The notes: a model not told the origin generated them from the letters alone. Numbered from the stretch's first letter, positions 49,909 through 59,276 are shown. The stretch: DNA of 64,000 nucleotides from an uncultured delta proteobacterium (GCA_963724765.1 CAVRVY010000004.1:608001-672000); one strand, 5' to 3'. Program-made: numbers and translations.

Positions 49909-50089
49909 AGCAATCATCGGGCCAATGAATCAACCGCATAGCCATCACATCTACTAGTTAAAAGTCGCACACTCCGGGGCGCGTGCTTCCGATCGACGCA
50001 CAGCCGAACAAGCCGGCTGTGTCCGATCGCACCACGGGAAATTCTGATTTCGGCCGATTGCAAGGCAATTGTATGGCGCGTCTCTTGCG
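49909..50089. promoter_or_regulatory. Divergent sigma54 promoters sharing central palindromic sites
   Basis: TGGCCCGATGATTGCT (minus, 49909-49924); TGGCGCGTCTCTTGCG (plus, 50074-50089); TGCTTCCGATCGACGCA at 49984 and TGTGTCCGATCGCACCA at 50018. Confidence 0.75.
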
Positions 50090-50150
50090 TCATAGTGGCG
50101 CGTCAAAGCCTTTGCAGGCGGCTCGGATCGATTCCTGAGAGGGCGACTCG

Positions 50151-50375
50151 ATGGCAAACCAGAACCCGATAACGTGTTCGCACTGCGGAAGCAGGAACAT
50201 GCATCTCGGCGAACGCGCAGAGGGCGGCATAAACGCCTACTGCGCCCGTTGCGGTATGCTTGCAAAGGAGTGCGCGCCTACTTTCTGCGGGCGCTGCGGC
50301 AAAAAAGTCGCCGAAGAGTTACTCGATCGTCACTATTTTTGCGCGCAGTGCCACGATCTTCCGTCCGCCGCCTAG
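50151..50375 (+). CDS. Small protein with four CxxC motifs
   Basis: CSHC, CARC, CGRC, CAQC in 74 aa; GAGGG RBS. Confidence 0.7.
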   Translation: MANQNPITCSHCGSRNMHLGERAEGGINAYCARCGMLAKECAPTFCGRCGKKVAEELLDRHYFCAQCHDLPSAA

Positions 50376-50494
50376 GCGGTGCGCTTTTTCTTAATCCGTG
50401 GGTTTGAAGAATGCACCGTCGGGGTCATCGCCGCTTCTGATGATTACGTTTCGTCTTCCTAGGCAGCCTGGTTCTTCGACGCCTCTAAGGCATA

Positions 50495-50965
50495 TCAAGC
50501 AGAGCCGGTCCGACGATGCGGCCGACAAATCCCCGCCAGCGTGCGCCCAACCTCGGCGTCGCAAACCTCGGGCTGCCATCCGCCGCGCGTGCGCTGAGCT
50601 TCGCGCGCGATGTCGTTGATGGAAATGATACCGACGAGGACGCCCTGATCATTTACGACTGGCAGACGCCTGACCTGGTTGTCATGCATCAATGCCTCTG
50701 CCGTCCTCAGGTCATCGCTCGCCCTACACGAGACAACATTGTGTGCCATCACGCTGGCAACGGCGATTTCAAAAAGCGGCCTTCGCTGTGTATATGCCGC
50801 CATACAAATATCGCGATCGGTCAACATCCCGACCGCGTGGCCGTCATCGCCGGCCACCGGCACGCATCCGCAATTGTTCTCCCACATAATCTGTGCGGCG
50901 GCGCTGAGTGCATCGTCATGCCCACAGACCTTGACGTCGGGGGTCATAACTCTTCGGACTTCCAT
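50495..50965 (-). CDS. CBS domain protein (paralog of 29352-29825)
   Basis: AAQIMWENNCGCVPV, LTDRDICMAAYTQ, VRRLPV. Confidence 0.9.
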   Translation of the reverse strand: MEVRRVMTPDVKVCGHDDALSAAAQIMWENNCGCVPVAGDDGHAVGMLTDRDICMAAYTQRRPLFEIAVASVMAHNVVSCRASDDLRTAEALMHDNQVRRLPVVNDQGVLVGIISINDIAREAQRTRGGWQPEVCDAEVGRTLAGICRPHRRTGSA

Positions 50966-51069
50966 GATTTTCCTCTTGCGACCCATGGGCAACATGGTGA
51001 ATCCTGCCGGATCTCACCGAAGAAAAGGTGCGAGCCCGGGGGCTCCCGTCCCGCGTGCGGCTATTTCGC

Positions 51070-51684
51070 CTATGGATGGACCGTGAGCACAGTAAAATTC
51101 TTGTCGGTCAGCATCCGAGCCACTCGATCTGCGTCAGCCGCGCGCAAACGCAGGTAAACCACCCTGCCTCTGCCTTCCGTTTGCTCGCCCCGATAGGTGC
51201 CCATTCCGAGAATCTCCCCATTCTCCTGGGCTACCAGCTGAGCGATTGTCGCAAGCTCAGAGGAGTCTCCCTCGAGCGACAGGTCGATTCTCGCAACGCC
51301 TTCTTCCGTGGTGCCGAGCACTTCGGCGAAGGCCCGCAGCAAGTCTGTCGCAGTGATGATTCCGACCAGCTTGTCGCGGTCGACGACAGGCAGCGCGCCG
51401 ATCTTGTGTTTGACCAGCAGGTTGGCCGCCTCCTCAAGCACGGTTGTGGGAGTCACGCTCACCACCGAGGTAGTCATTGCGCCATTGACCTTGACTCGCG
51501 ACAGAGCGCCCGTGTGTTGGCGCAGGTCGCGGTCACTCACGATGCCGACAAGTTTGCCGCCGTCGACCACGGGCACGCGATGAAAGTTTCGCTTGTCCAT
51601 CATCTGCCGGACCGTCGCGAGCGTGTCTTTTGATTCTACGACGACAGGATCTTTAGTCATCCAACGAGCTACGTTCATTAGCAT
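51070..51684 (-). CDS. AcuB-like CBS pair plus ACT domain protein
   Basis: VARWMTKDP, IVSDRDL, KIGALPV, C-terminal ACT-like domain. Confidence 0.88.
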   Translation of the reverse strand: MLMNVARWMTKDPVVVESKDTLATVRQMMDKRNFHRVPVVDGGKLVGIVSDRDLRQHTGALSRVKVNGAMTTSVVSVTPTTVLEEAANLLVKHKIGALPVVDRDKLVGIITATDLLRAFAEVLGTTEEGVARIDLSLEGDSSELATIAQLVAQENGEILGMGTYRGEQTEGRGRVVYLRLRAADADRVARMLTDKNFTVLTVHP

Positions 51685-51744
51685 TCCCCTTATGGCTTCG
51701 TGTTTCTTATCGTCATCACACCGGCTGCGGGTTGGCAGGAACCA

Positions 51745-52914
51745 TCAGCGGTTGCCGCCCATTTCCTGTGACCACACAAGATCCGAATGGTTACTTAGGG
51801 GAATCATTTTTTGCGCGGCATTGTGTATGCTGAGCCCGTAGCGGTCGATCCTCGCATAGAGCTTCTTGCGAGATATTTTCAGAAGGCGCGCCGCTTGCAC
51901 CTTGTTTCCCCCAGTGCGCTCGAGCGCTTTGGTGATAACCTTGCGTTCGAATTCGGCATAGCTGCCGGAGCTCTCGATGGTCGTGGGCTCGTCATTGGGG
52001 TCTTCTTCGCTCGCCACTATTGTCGAGGAGATTGCGTGCGGCGCGGCTCGCCAGGCGTTCACGATCCTGGAGGGCAGATCATCCAGCGTAATGGTGGCGG
52101 AGGTACCGAATGTAAAGGCCGATTCGATCGTGTTGGCAAGCTCGCGGACGTTGCCGGGCCAATCGTACACTTGCAACGCCGCCATCGCTTCGGCGGCGAC
52201 GCCTACCAGAAACTTCCCGCCCTCGTTGCGCTCGTTGAGCAGCTTCAGGAAATGCTGAGCAAGCGTCGCAATATCGTCTGAACGCCCGCGCAGCGGCGCG
52301 ATTTCCAACACGTTCACTTGCAAACGATAATAGAGGTCGGCGCGCAACTGGCCCGTGCGGGCGGCCTCGGCCGGATCGCGATTGGTCGACGCAATGAGTC
52401 TGATGTCGACGGGGGTCTCGTGTGTCGAGCCGACAGGCCTCACGGCTCGTTCCTGGATCGCACGCAGCAGCTTCGCCTGCAGGTCCGGGCTCATCTCAGT
52501 AATCTCGTCCAGGAAGACCGTGCCGCCGTGTGCGGCGCGCAGGAGTCCCGGATGATCGGCGTTTGCGCCGCTGAAAGCTCCGCGCCGATGGCCGAACAGT
52601 TCGCTTTCGATTAGGTCTCTCGGAATCGCGGCGCAGTTAAAGGGAACGAATGATCCTCGCTGCGCGCCGCATTCATGGACGGCGCGCGCCACCAGCTCCT
52701 TACCGGTTCCGCTCTCGCCAACGATAAGGACGGTCGAGCGGGTGGCGGCGACCGCTTCAATCCGGCGAAACAGCCGCCGCATCGCAGCATTCGACCCGAG
52801 CAGACCGTGAAATGGCGTTGCTGCTTCCGCCTCGATGCCCGCGAAGCCCGCGGAAAGGTTCCCGTCAAACTGAGGTTGTCGGTCTTCTTCAGCCGAAGTT
52901 GCATTGATAGGCAT
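51745..52914 (-). CDS. sigma54 enhancer-binding protein (AAA+ and Fis HTH) without a sensor domain; start uncertain
   Basis: GESGTGKE, ESELFGH..GAFSGA, FLDEI, DLYYRL, WPGNVREL, GNKVQAARLLKISRKKLY. Confidence 0.92.
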   Translation of the reverse strand: MPINATSAEEDRQPQFDGNLSAGFAGIEAEAATPFHGLLGSNAAMRRLFRRIEAVAATRSTVLIVGESGTGKELVARAVHECGAQRGSFVPFNCAAIPRDLIESELFGHRRGAFSGANADHPGLLRAAHGGTVFLDEITEMSPDLQAKLLRAIQERAVRPVGSTHETPVDIRLIASTNRDPAEAARTGQLRADLYYRLQVNVLEIAPLRGRSDDIATLAQHFLKLLNERNEGGKFLVGVAAEAMAALQVYDWPGNVRELANTIESAFTFGTSATITLDDLPSRIVNAWRAAPHAISSTIVASEEDPNDEPTTIESSGSYAEFERKVITKALERTGGNKVQAARLLKISRKKLYARIDRYGLSIHNAAQKMIPLSNHSDLVWSQEMGGNR

Positions 52915-52926
52915 GTGCCGCAAGGG

Positions 52927-52961
52927 AGCATACGACGTGCCATGTGTTTCCTTTCGATGCA
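52927..52961 (-). promoter_or_regulatory. sigma54 promoter of the activator gene with an abutting palindrome
   Basis: TGGCACGTCGTATGCT (minus, 52927-52942); TGTTTCCTTTCGATGCA at 52945-52961. Confidence 0.72.
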
Positions 52962-53092
52962 AGCTCAGGATTTCCATCCGAGCATCGGAAACATGCGACA
53001 TCGATGCCTCACCTTGGGGAATGGAGTCCGCACCATCGCCTCGGGCTCGAACCCCTCAAGCGCCGCTTCGCCGCGCCGCAATGCGTCGCGCC

Positions 53093-53425
53093 TCACTCAG
53101 AGACCAGGATGCGGGGCTCGAGCCGAACGAATGCTGAAAGCGATGCGGAGAGGAAGCAGGCCTTGGCGCTCTTCTCCAGCACGCGCGCGGCCGCGCCGGG
53201 ATCGGAGCCAGCCGGCAAGCTAAGCACCGGTCTCAGCACGACCTCCGTGATGCGAACTACGCCCTCTTTACGTTCGAGCATTCCCTCGCCCAGGATGTCG
53301 ATCGACGTGTATCGACCTTGGAAGTAGCCGCCACCGCGCGCAGCGTGAACAGAAAGCAGCTTTCGACTGCTGCCACCAGGAGCTGTTCAGGGCTCCAGGC
53401 ATCTCCGGGGCCAGGGAGCGGCCTC
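53093..53425 (-). pseudogene. OsmC/Ohr family protein, 5'-truncated and frameshifted
   Basis: WSPEQLLVAAVESCF in one frame; RITEVVLRP...AKACFLSASL in another. Confidence 0.8.
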
Positions 53426-53431
53426 AAGGGA

Positions 53432-53447
53432 TGGCTTATGTTTTGCT
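53432..53447 (+). promoter_or_regulatory. sigma54 promoter of polX
   Basis: TGGCTTATGTTTTGCT about 47 nt before the start. Confidence 0.65.
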
Positions 53448-53493
53448 CACGCGAAAGTAGTGCGTAACCCTTTGGTGTAGGACCGGCCGTCGA

Positions 53494-55206
53494 GTGACCG
53501 CGATGATGCAAAACGAGGAAGTGGCAAAAGTTCTCGACGAGATCGGCGACATGCTCGAGGTCGAAGGGGAGAACTTTTTTCGGGTGCGCGCGTATCGGAA
53601 TGCCGCCCGCTCGGTGCGCGACCAGCCCGTTGCAGTTGCCGAGCTCTCTCCTCAACAGCTCGACGAAATTCCCGGAATCGGAGCGGACCTGGCCGGCAAG
53701 ATAAGTACGTTGATCAAGACCGGCGAACTGCCGCTGCATCGAGAGCTTGCTGAGAAATTTCCGCCTGCGCTCCTTGAATTGAGAGACATTTCCGGCCTCG
53801 GCCCCAAACGGCTCAAGCTGTTGATCGACCGCCTAGATATTCACGGCAAAGATGACCTCGAACGCGAAGCCAAGGCCGGGACGTTGCGCAAGCTCCGGGG
53901 CTTCGGGGCCAAAATGGAGGAAAGGATTCTCGAATCGCTGGCCCGTCGGGAACACGCAGCGGACAAACGGATTTCGTATGCGGAGGCGACGCGGATCGCC
54001 GACCGTCTCGTCGCGCATCTGCGCAAATGCCGCGCGGTCGAGCAACTTGAGGTCGCGGGCAGCTTTCGTCGCAGGCGCGAGACAGTGGGCGATCTCGATT
54101 TGCTGGCGGCTGCCGCGCGTCCCGACCCTGTCATGAAGCAGTTCGCAAGTTTCCCGGACGTGACAAAAGTTACCGGCTCCGGCGAGACCAAGGCCAGCAT
54201 GGTACTCAGGGGCGGCCTGCAAGTTGACCTTCGCGTAGTGCCGCAAGATAGTTTCGGCGCCGCGCTCATGTACTTCACCGGCTCGAAGTCCCACAACGTT
54301 CACCTTCGCCGCATCGCGCAGGCGCGCGGGCTTCTGCTCAACGAGTACGGGCTCTTTCGGGGCCGCTCGACGATCGCGGGAAAGACCGAGGAGCAGGTCT
54401 ATAAGACGCTCGGCCTTCCGTGGATGCCGCCGGAACTTCGCGAGGACCGCGGAGAGATCGAAGCGGCGCAATCAGGCCGCTTACCCAGCCTTCTAAGCCG
54501 AAGCGATCTTCGCGGAGATCTCCACACGCATTCGACTTACACGGACGGGCGAAGCTCGATTGAAGAGATGGCGCGCAAGGCAGGCGAGATGGGGCTTGAG
54601 TATTTCGCCGTCACCGACCATTCGCGGCGCATCGCGATGGCGCATGGGCTGGACCCCAAGCGGCTGCGCGAGCAGGGACGCGAGATCGAACGGATCGGAG
54701 GAAGCCTGCGCGGTATAAAACTGCTTCGCGGCATCGAGGTAGATATTCTCGACGATGGAAGCCTCGACCTGCCGGATCACGTGTTGGCCGAGCTCGATTG
54801 GGTGGTCGCCTCCGTCCACTATAAGCTGGAACAGAATCCGCGCGAGATGACGCGGCGGTTGATCAAGGCGATTCGCAATCCAAACGTCGACGTGATCGGC
54901 CATCCGAGCGGCCGTCTAATCGGACATCGGGAACCAAGTGAATTCGACCTGGGAGAGGTATTGCGCGTGGCGCGCGAGGAGAGGTGCGCGCTCGAGGTAA
55001 ATTCGCAACCCGAGCGGCTCGATCTCACCGACACCGCGTGCATCGCCGCCAAGCATGCCGGCGTGAAGCTCGTGGTATCGAGTGACGCGCATTCGCCGCG
55101 AGATTTCGAGCTGCTGGAGTACGGCGTGAACCAGGCGCGGCGCGGATGGATCGAGGCTGACGACGTCCTGAACACGCGAACTCTCAAGTCACTGCGGCAG
55201 CGCTAG
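53494..55206 (+). CDS. polX: DNA polymerase X / PHP 3'-5' exonuclease
   Basis: GSFRR..ETVGDLD, QVDLR, YFTGSKSHN; PHP motifs DLHTHS, TDHS, SDAH. Confidence 0.96.
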   Translation: MTAMMQNEEVAKVLDEIGDMLEVEGENFFRVRAYRNAARSVRDQPVAVAELSPQQLDEIPGIGADLAGKISTLIKTGELPLHRELAEKFPPALLELRDISGLGPKRLKLLIDRLDIHGKDDLEREAKAGTLRKLRGFGAKMEERILESLARREHAADKRISYAEATRIADRLVAHLRKCRAVEQLEVAGSFRRRRETVGDLDLLAAAARPDPVMKQFASFPDVTKVTGSGETKASMVLRGGLQVDLRVVPQDSFGAALMYFTGSKSHNVHLRRIAQARGLLLNEYGLFRGRSTIAGKTEEQVYKTLGLPWMPPELREDRGEIEAAQSGRLPSLLSRSDLRGDLHTHSTYTDGRSSIEEMARKAGEMGLEYFAVTDHSRRIAMAHGLDPKRLREQGREIERIGGSLRGIKLLRGIEVDILDDGSLDLPDHVLAELDWVVASVHYKLEQNPREMTRRLIKAIRNPNVDVIGHPSGRLIGHREPSEFDLGEVLRVAREERCALEVNSQPERLDLTDTACIAAKHAGVKLVVSSDAHSPRDFELLEYGVNQARRGWIEADDVLNTRTLKSLRQR

Positions 55207-55273
55207 GATGACGCGTCGCCGCGTCTCGCGCTACCACGAGCGTGAGACGGGCGCGGAGAAGAGGCAGGTCGCT

Positions 55274-55732
55274 TCAGGCGTGTGCGACCTTCTCGATGTG
55301 CTCACGCAGTTTCATCGTCCGGTCCGAAAGGCGCCTGTGGGCCTCCTCGCCGACCTCGAGTTCGGCTTTGATCGCGTTGAGGGGCTCGCCAAGTGCGCGG
55401 ACCCGTACCCTTAGTGCTCCGACCTGCAGATTGGCCTCGCGCTGCATGCCATCCAAATCCTTCAGCTCGTCCTCGAGGGTCGATATGAGAGCGGAATCGG
55501 CGCGGCCACGAACGAGGTCACTTATGTGATCTCGCAGCGCCTTTGCTTCCGTGGCAATGCGCTCGTGTTTCTGGATGGCAGCCGACTCCTGCGCCATGAC
55601 TACGTCGATCGCCAGTTGTGCCTGCTCCGCCTTTTCCCGAAGTTTCGCCATGCTGGCCGTATAAGTGATGCCGCTTTCGGTCAGCTTTCTCATTCCTTCC
55701 TGAAGGGCCCTAAGTAGTGTCTCGTTTTCCAT
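55274..55732 (-). CDS. Coiled-coil hypothetical protein
   Basis: GAGGGG RBS; 152 aa, all-helical heptad pattern. Confidence 0.7.
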   Translation of the reverse strand: MENETLLRALQEGMRKLTESGITYTASMAKLREKAEQAQLAIDVVMAQESAAIQKHERIATEAKALRDHISDLVRGRADSALISTLEDELKDLDGMQREANLQVGALRVRVRALGEPLNAIKAELEVGEEAHRRLSDRTMKLREHIEKVAHA

Positions 55733-55757
55733 GGTCTTCCCCTCGTGGTTCCTGATG

Positions 55758-57098
55758 CTACGCGTGAAGGCGCCATTCCGCGGCGCGCCTGGCGGCAAGA
55801 ATCCGCTTGACCTCGTCGTCACCGACCTGGTGGAAATCCCGGTAGAATTGCCCTACGGCAAAGAAGTCCTCCGGGGTCTCAAGGCAAACGATCTCGTCGG
55901 TATCGCCGCGCAGCGCTTCTAGAGTTTCCGCAGGCGCGACCGGAATCGCCAGTATGAGCTTCTTCGGTTTCGCCCGGCGAACTCCCCGAAGCGCGGCTCG
56001 CACCGATGATCCTGTAGCGATTCCGTCGTCGACGACGATCACCGTTTTGCCCGCGAGCGCAACTGACGGCTCCCCGCCGCGATACGCAATCTCACGGCGT
56101 TTTATCTCTTTGAGCTGTCGCTCGATTTCGCGCGTGATATATTCGTCCTCGACGCCCAGCGATTCGATCACTCCCTGGTTGAAAATCGCGCGTGGATGAT
56201 CGCCGTCGACAACTGCGCCAATTCCGAGTTCTGGTTGGCCGGGCGCGCCGAGCTTTCGCACCACCACGATATCGAGGGGCGCTTGCAGAGCATCCGCGAC
56301 CTCGCGCGCCACGGGCAGCCCGCCCCGCGGAATGCCGAGCACGACCACATCCTTGCCCTTATAGGAGGAAAGCGCGGCTGCCAGCATCCGCCCCGCTTCA
56401 ACGCGGCTTGAAAACACAATCGGATCTCCGGCTGAGACGTGGGCTAGTGGCGCGCCTTTCATGTGGAGGACAAACCAATCGCTTGCGAGTTCTGCCACTT
56501 GCTCCAGCGTCCCTGATTCCTCGAACAAGTGGGTGGCGCCGGGCACGATCTTGAACGATTTGTGGCAGCGCAGCAGATTGTACGCCCTCTCGTTGAGCTC
56601 GATCACACCATAGTCCCGGCCACCCACGATAAGCAGGGTCGGCGCTCTGACCTCGGCGAGATGCCGAAGGGCAAGGTCGGGACGGCCTCCGCGCGAAACG
56701 ACAGCGCAGACCATAGGATCCTGGGCTGCCGCCGCCAGCGCAGCTGCGGCACCGGTGCTGGCACCGAAATATCCTACTGCATAGCCTCTCGCGTCCCGCC
56801 TTGCTCTCAGCCACCTCGTCGCGTCGCCAAGCCGATGCGCGAGGAAATCGATGTCGAAAACGTTCTCACGGTCAGCCGCCTCCTCGTCCGTGAGAAGATC
56901 CAGTAGCAGCGTGCCGATTCCGGCATTCTGAAGCGTCTGCGCGACGAGTTGGTTACGAGGGCTCAGGCGGCTGCTGCCACTGCCATGGGCGAACAAGACC
57001 ACCCCCATGGCGCCCTCAGGAATCGCCAGTTCACCCTCCAGGCGCACTGAATCCGAAGGTATGAGCTCCTGACTTCGGGCTATATGTTGCTTGGTCAT
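55758..57098 (-). CDS. Dienelactone-hydrolase-like / phosphoribosyltransferase fusion
   Basis: FAHGSGSSR, GYFGASTG, VSRGGRPDL; GIPRGG, VVDDGIATG, AVGQFY. Confidence 0.92.
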   Translation of the reverse strand: MTKQHIARSQELIPSDSVRLEGELAIPEGAMGVVLFAHGSGSSRLSPRNQLVAQTLQNAGIGTLLLDLLTDEEAADRENVFDIDFLAHRLGDATRWLRARRDARGYAVGYFGASTGAAAALAAAAQDPMVCAVVSRGGRPDLALRHLAEVRAPTLLIVGGRDYGVIELNERAYNLLRCHKSFKIVPGATHLFEESGTLEQVAELASDWFVLHMKGAPLAHVSAGDPIVFSSRVEAGRMLAAALSSYKGKDVVVLGIPRGGLPVAREVADALQAPLDIVVVRKLGAPGQPELGIGAVVDGDHPRAIFNQGVIESLGVEDEYITREIERQLKEIKRREIAYRGGEPSVALAGKTVIVVDDGIATGSSVRAALRGVRRAKPKKLILAIPVAPAETLEALRGDTDEIVCLETPEDFFAVGQFYRDFHQVGDDEVKRILAARRAAEWRLHA

Positions 57099-57121
57099 GG
57101 CAAATACTCAATAGGCCTCTG

Positions 57122-57223
57122 AGCATCAGACGTGCCACCGGAGGCGACGTTCGATTCGGCCGTTCCGAACCATTCGCAGATCCGCCCTGCCGAAAGGAGA
57201 CACCGCTGGTGCCATAGGAGTCA
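57122..57223 (-). promoter_or_regulatory. sigma54 promoter with upstream palindromic sites
   Basis: TGGCACGTCTGATGCT (minus, 57122-57137); TGGTGCCATAGGAGTCA at 57207 and a half-site at 57186. Confidence 0.75.
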
Positions 57224-57261
57224 TCATTCTGAACCGAAAGTGCCGGGTCATTGCCTCGATC

Positions 57262-57567
57262 TCACGACTCTCCTTCAAGGCCCTCCGGGTTCTCTACTTC
57301 GGTGATAACGACAGCCTCAACGTCGGAGCCCGGCTCTTCGCTCTCGCCCATCAGGTCCCGTAGATCGTTCGCGATCTCGCGTAGTTCGCCCGTAATCGCC
57401 GCCAAATCAGCAATCGCAACGGCAAGGAAATCCCGCTCGGCGGGCTCCCGGGCCGCAATAGCCTTTCGTGCAGGGGCCCTCTCTCGCGCCATCTTCGCGA
57501 CCCGTTTCGCAGCCTTGGCCGGTTTCTTGGTCGCCGCAGGCTTCGTCCTTACTTTTAACTTTTTCAT
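57262..57567 (-). CDS. Hypothetical protein, K/A-rich N-terminus and acidic C-terminus
   Basis: GGGAG RBS; 101 aa. Confidence 0.65.
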   Translation of the reverse strand: MKKLKVRTKPAATKKPAKAAKRVAKMARERAPARKAIAAREPAERDFLAVAIADLAAITGELREIANDLRDLMGESEEPGSDVEAVVITEVENPEGLEGES

Positions 57568-57797
57568 GGTTTTCTCTCCCGCACTTCTCCAACAAGCAAG
57601 AACCGCATCCACGAAGTCGCGGCTCACGCGGACGGCGAGCCGATCCGATGTCCTACGTCAAAGGCCGATAAATTTGCGAGCACATGCGAGCAGCCTCGGT
57701 CACGGAGTGGCCGGCGCATTTGCCGACGCGGGATCCAGTTCGGCTCCTGCGACGTGTCCGGTGCGGAAGACGGTCTGCTACTTCTGCGGTGGCTCTG

Positions 57798-58253
57798 TTA
57801 CTTTTCCTGGATAGACTTGATGTAGTACACAAGAAGCTTGATTCTTGTGTCGACTTCATACTGGCTGCGCTTCGTGCTATTACCGAGACCGCCCTTGGCA
57901 AACGCCAGGCCCCAAATGGGCATCTCGCTGGTCCCATGCGCGGCAACCATCTCGCTGCCGTCGATATATTTCCGGACCCACTCCTCCGGAAATGTTCCGG
58001 CGTGGCCTTTTGTAATCTGCGTCAAGTCGGCTGGTTTCTTCGTCAGTACGGCGGCCACGGGGCCGTCGCCCTTCCCGTTCGGTCCGTGGCATTGAGCGCA
58101 ATAGCGGCGGTATTCGAGCTTGCCAGTAGTCACTTTTCCCGGAGGCACCATCTCAGGTTGTTCACCTTCCTGGGCCCATCCCGCGGCGGTAATCCCAAGT
58201 GCCATGCAGAGGACGAGAGAAGCAACCGGGAATAGCCATTTGATTCGGCACAT
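57798..58253 (-). CDS. Monohaem cytochrome c
   Basis: CAQCH, PADLT, HGTSEMPIWG; signal peptide. Confidence 0.9.
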   Translation of the reverse strand: MCRIKWLFPVASLVLCMALGITAAGWAQEGEQPEMVPPGKVTTGKLEYRRYCAQCHGPNGKGDGPVAAVLTKKPADLTQITKGHAGTFPEEWVRKYIDGSEMVAAHGTSEMPIWGLAFAKGGLGNSTKRSQYEVDTRIKLLVYYIKSIQEK

Positions 58254-58379
58254 GTCTCGTAACTCCGTTAGTCTTTGTACCAGGCGCTCGGCGCACACCC
58301 GATGACGCCAATCGCAGAGGCGCGGAAAGACCTTCCCGCGCAGAGCAGCCTGTTCAAGGCGACAGGTCACCACCGAAAA

Positions 58380-58802
58380 TTACTTTGCCTGGATAGACTG
58401 AATGTATTGAACAATCTCTTGGGCGCTCCCTCGCACCGCCGTTTCGCGAGTATGGACGGCCGGGCTCTCGGCCTTAAAGCGCTCTCCCCAAACCGGCATG
58501 TCGCTGGTACCGTGAGCTCTCACCTCATCGCGCCCATCAATTGCACGCATGACCTTCACGCCAGGGAAGGTTCCTCCGTTTTGCTTGGCGATCTGCGTGA
58601 GGTCGGCAGGCTTCTTGGTGAGCAAATTGGCAAGCGGCCCATCACCCTTTGCATCAGTGCCGTGGCAGCTTGAGCAATACTGCTCGAACCTCGCCTTTCC
58701 AGTTGCGGCTTGTTGCGCCGACGAGGCACCCGGTAACACGCAGACGAACGTCACTACTGCCCAGGTGAGTGAAAAGCGGGACATAGGATTCCTGTCAGCC
58801 AT
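58380..58802 (-). CDS. Monohaem cytochrome c (tandem paralog)
   Basis: CSSCH, PADLT, HGTSDMPVWG; AGGAGG RBS. Confidence 0.9.
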   Translation of the reverse strand: MADRNPMSRFSLTWAVVTFVCVLPGASSAQQAATGKARFEQYCSSCHGTDAKGDGPLANLLTKKPADLTQIAKQNGGTFPGVKVMRAIDGRDEVRAHGTSDMPVWGERFKAESPAVHTRETAVRGSAQEIVQYIQSIQAK

Positions 58803-58878
58803 TTCCAAAACCCTCCTGTTAAAGATCGCTGCGAAACGACAACTCTAACGAAAACGAACAGAATCATCGCGCATGGAA

Positions 58879-59243
58879 AGCAATCTTTAGGCCAGTTCCC
58901 TGTGGAGCGAGCATTACAATAGATTTGTCGTGCGCAGAGCGGGGCCTGACGCATGAATGCTCGGGTGCGGCGCGGGCGAATTGCACCATCCAAACCTTCC
59001 TCTGTATCCAAAGGGAACAACCCGCACAGCGTGCGGTGGTGTTTTATTGTTTTCGTGCGCGCTCACGCATCGAAGCGGCAAGGGTGCTGAAGCCGAGAGC
59101 TCAAAGTCTTCAACCGAGTTATCGTTCATGGACTAGCGGATTGTGGCTCTCCAGGTAGCACGCCGGCATTTCAGCGGCGCCGGCCTTTGGCCTTCCGTGG
59201 GTCTCTTCTATCGAAAGATCCTGCCCATGGCACAGGGAATGCT
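58879..59243. promoter_or_regulatory. Divergent sigma54 promoters with a central palindrome
   Basis: TGGCCTAAAGATTGCT (minus, 58879-58894); TGGCACAGGGAATGCT (plus, 59228-59243); TGTATCCAAAGGGAACA at 59003-59019. Confidence 0.75.
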
Positions 59244-59276
59244 CTTTTGTGCCAGAGCGCATCGAAGGGGCCAACA

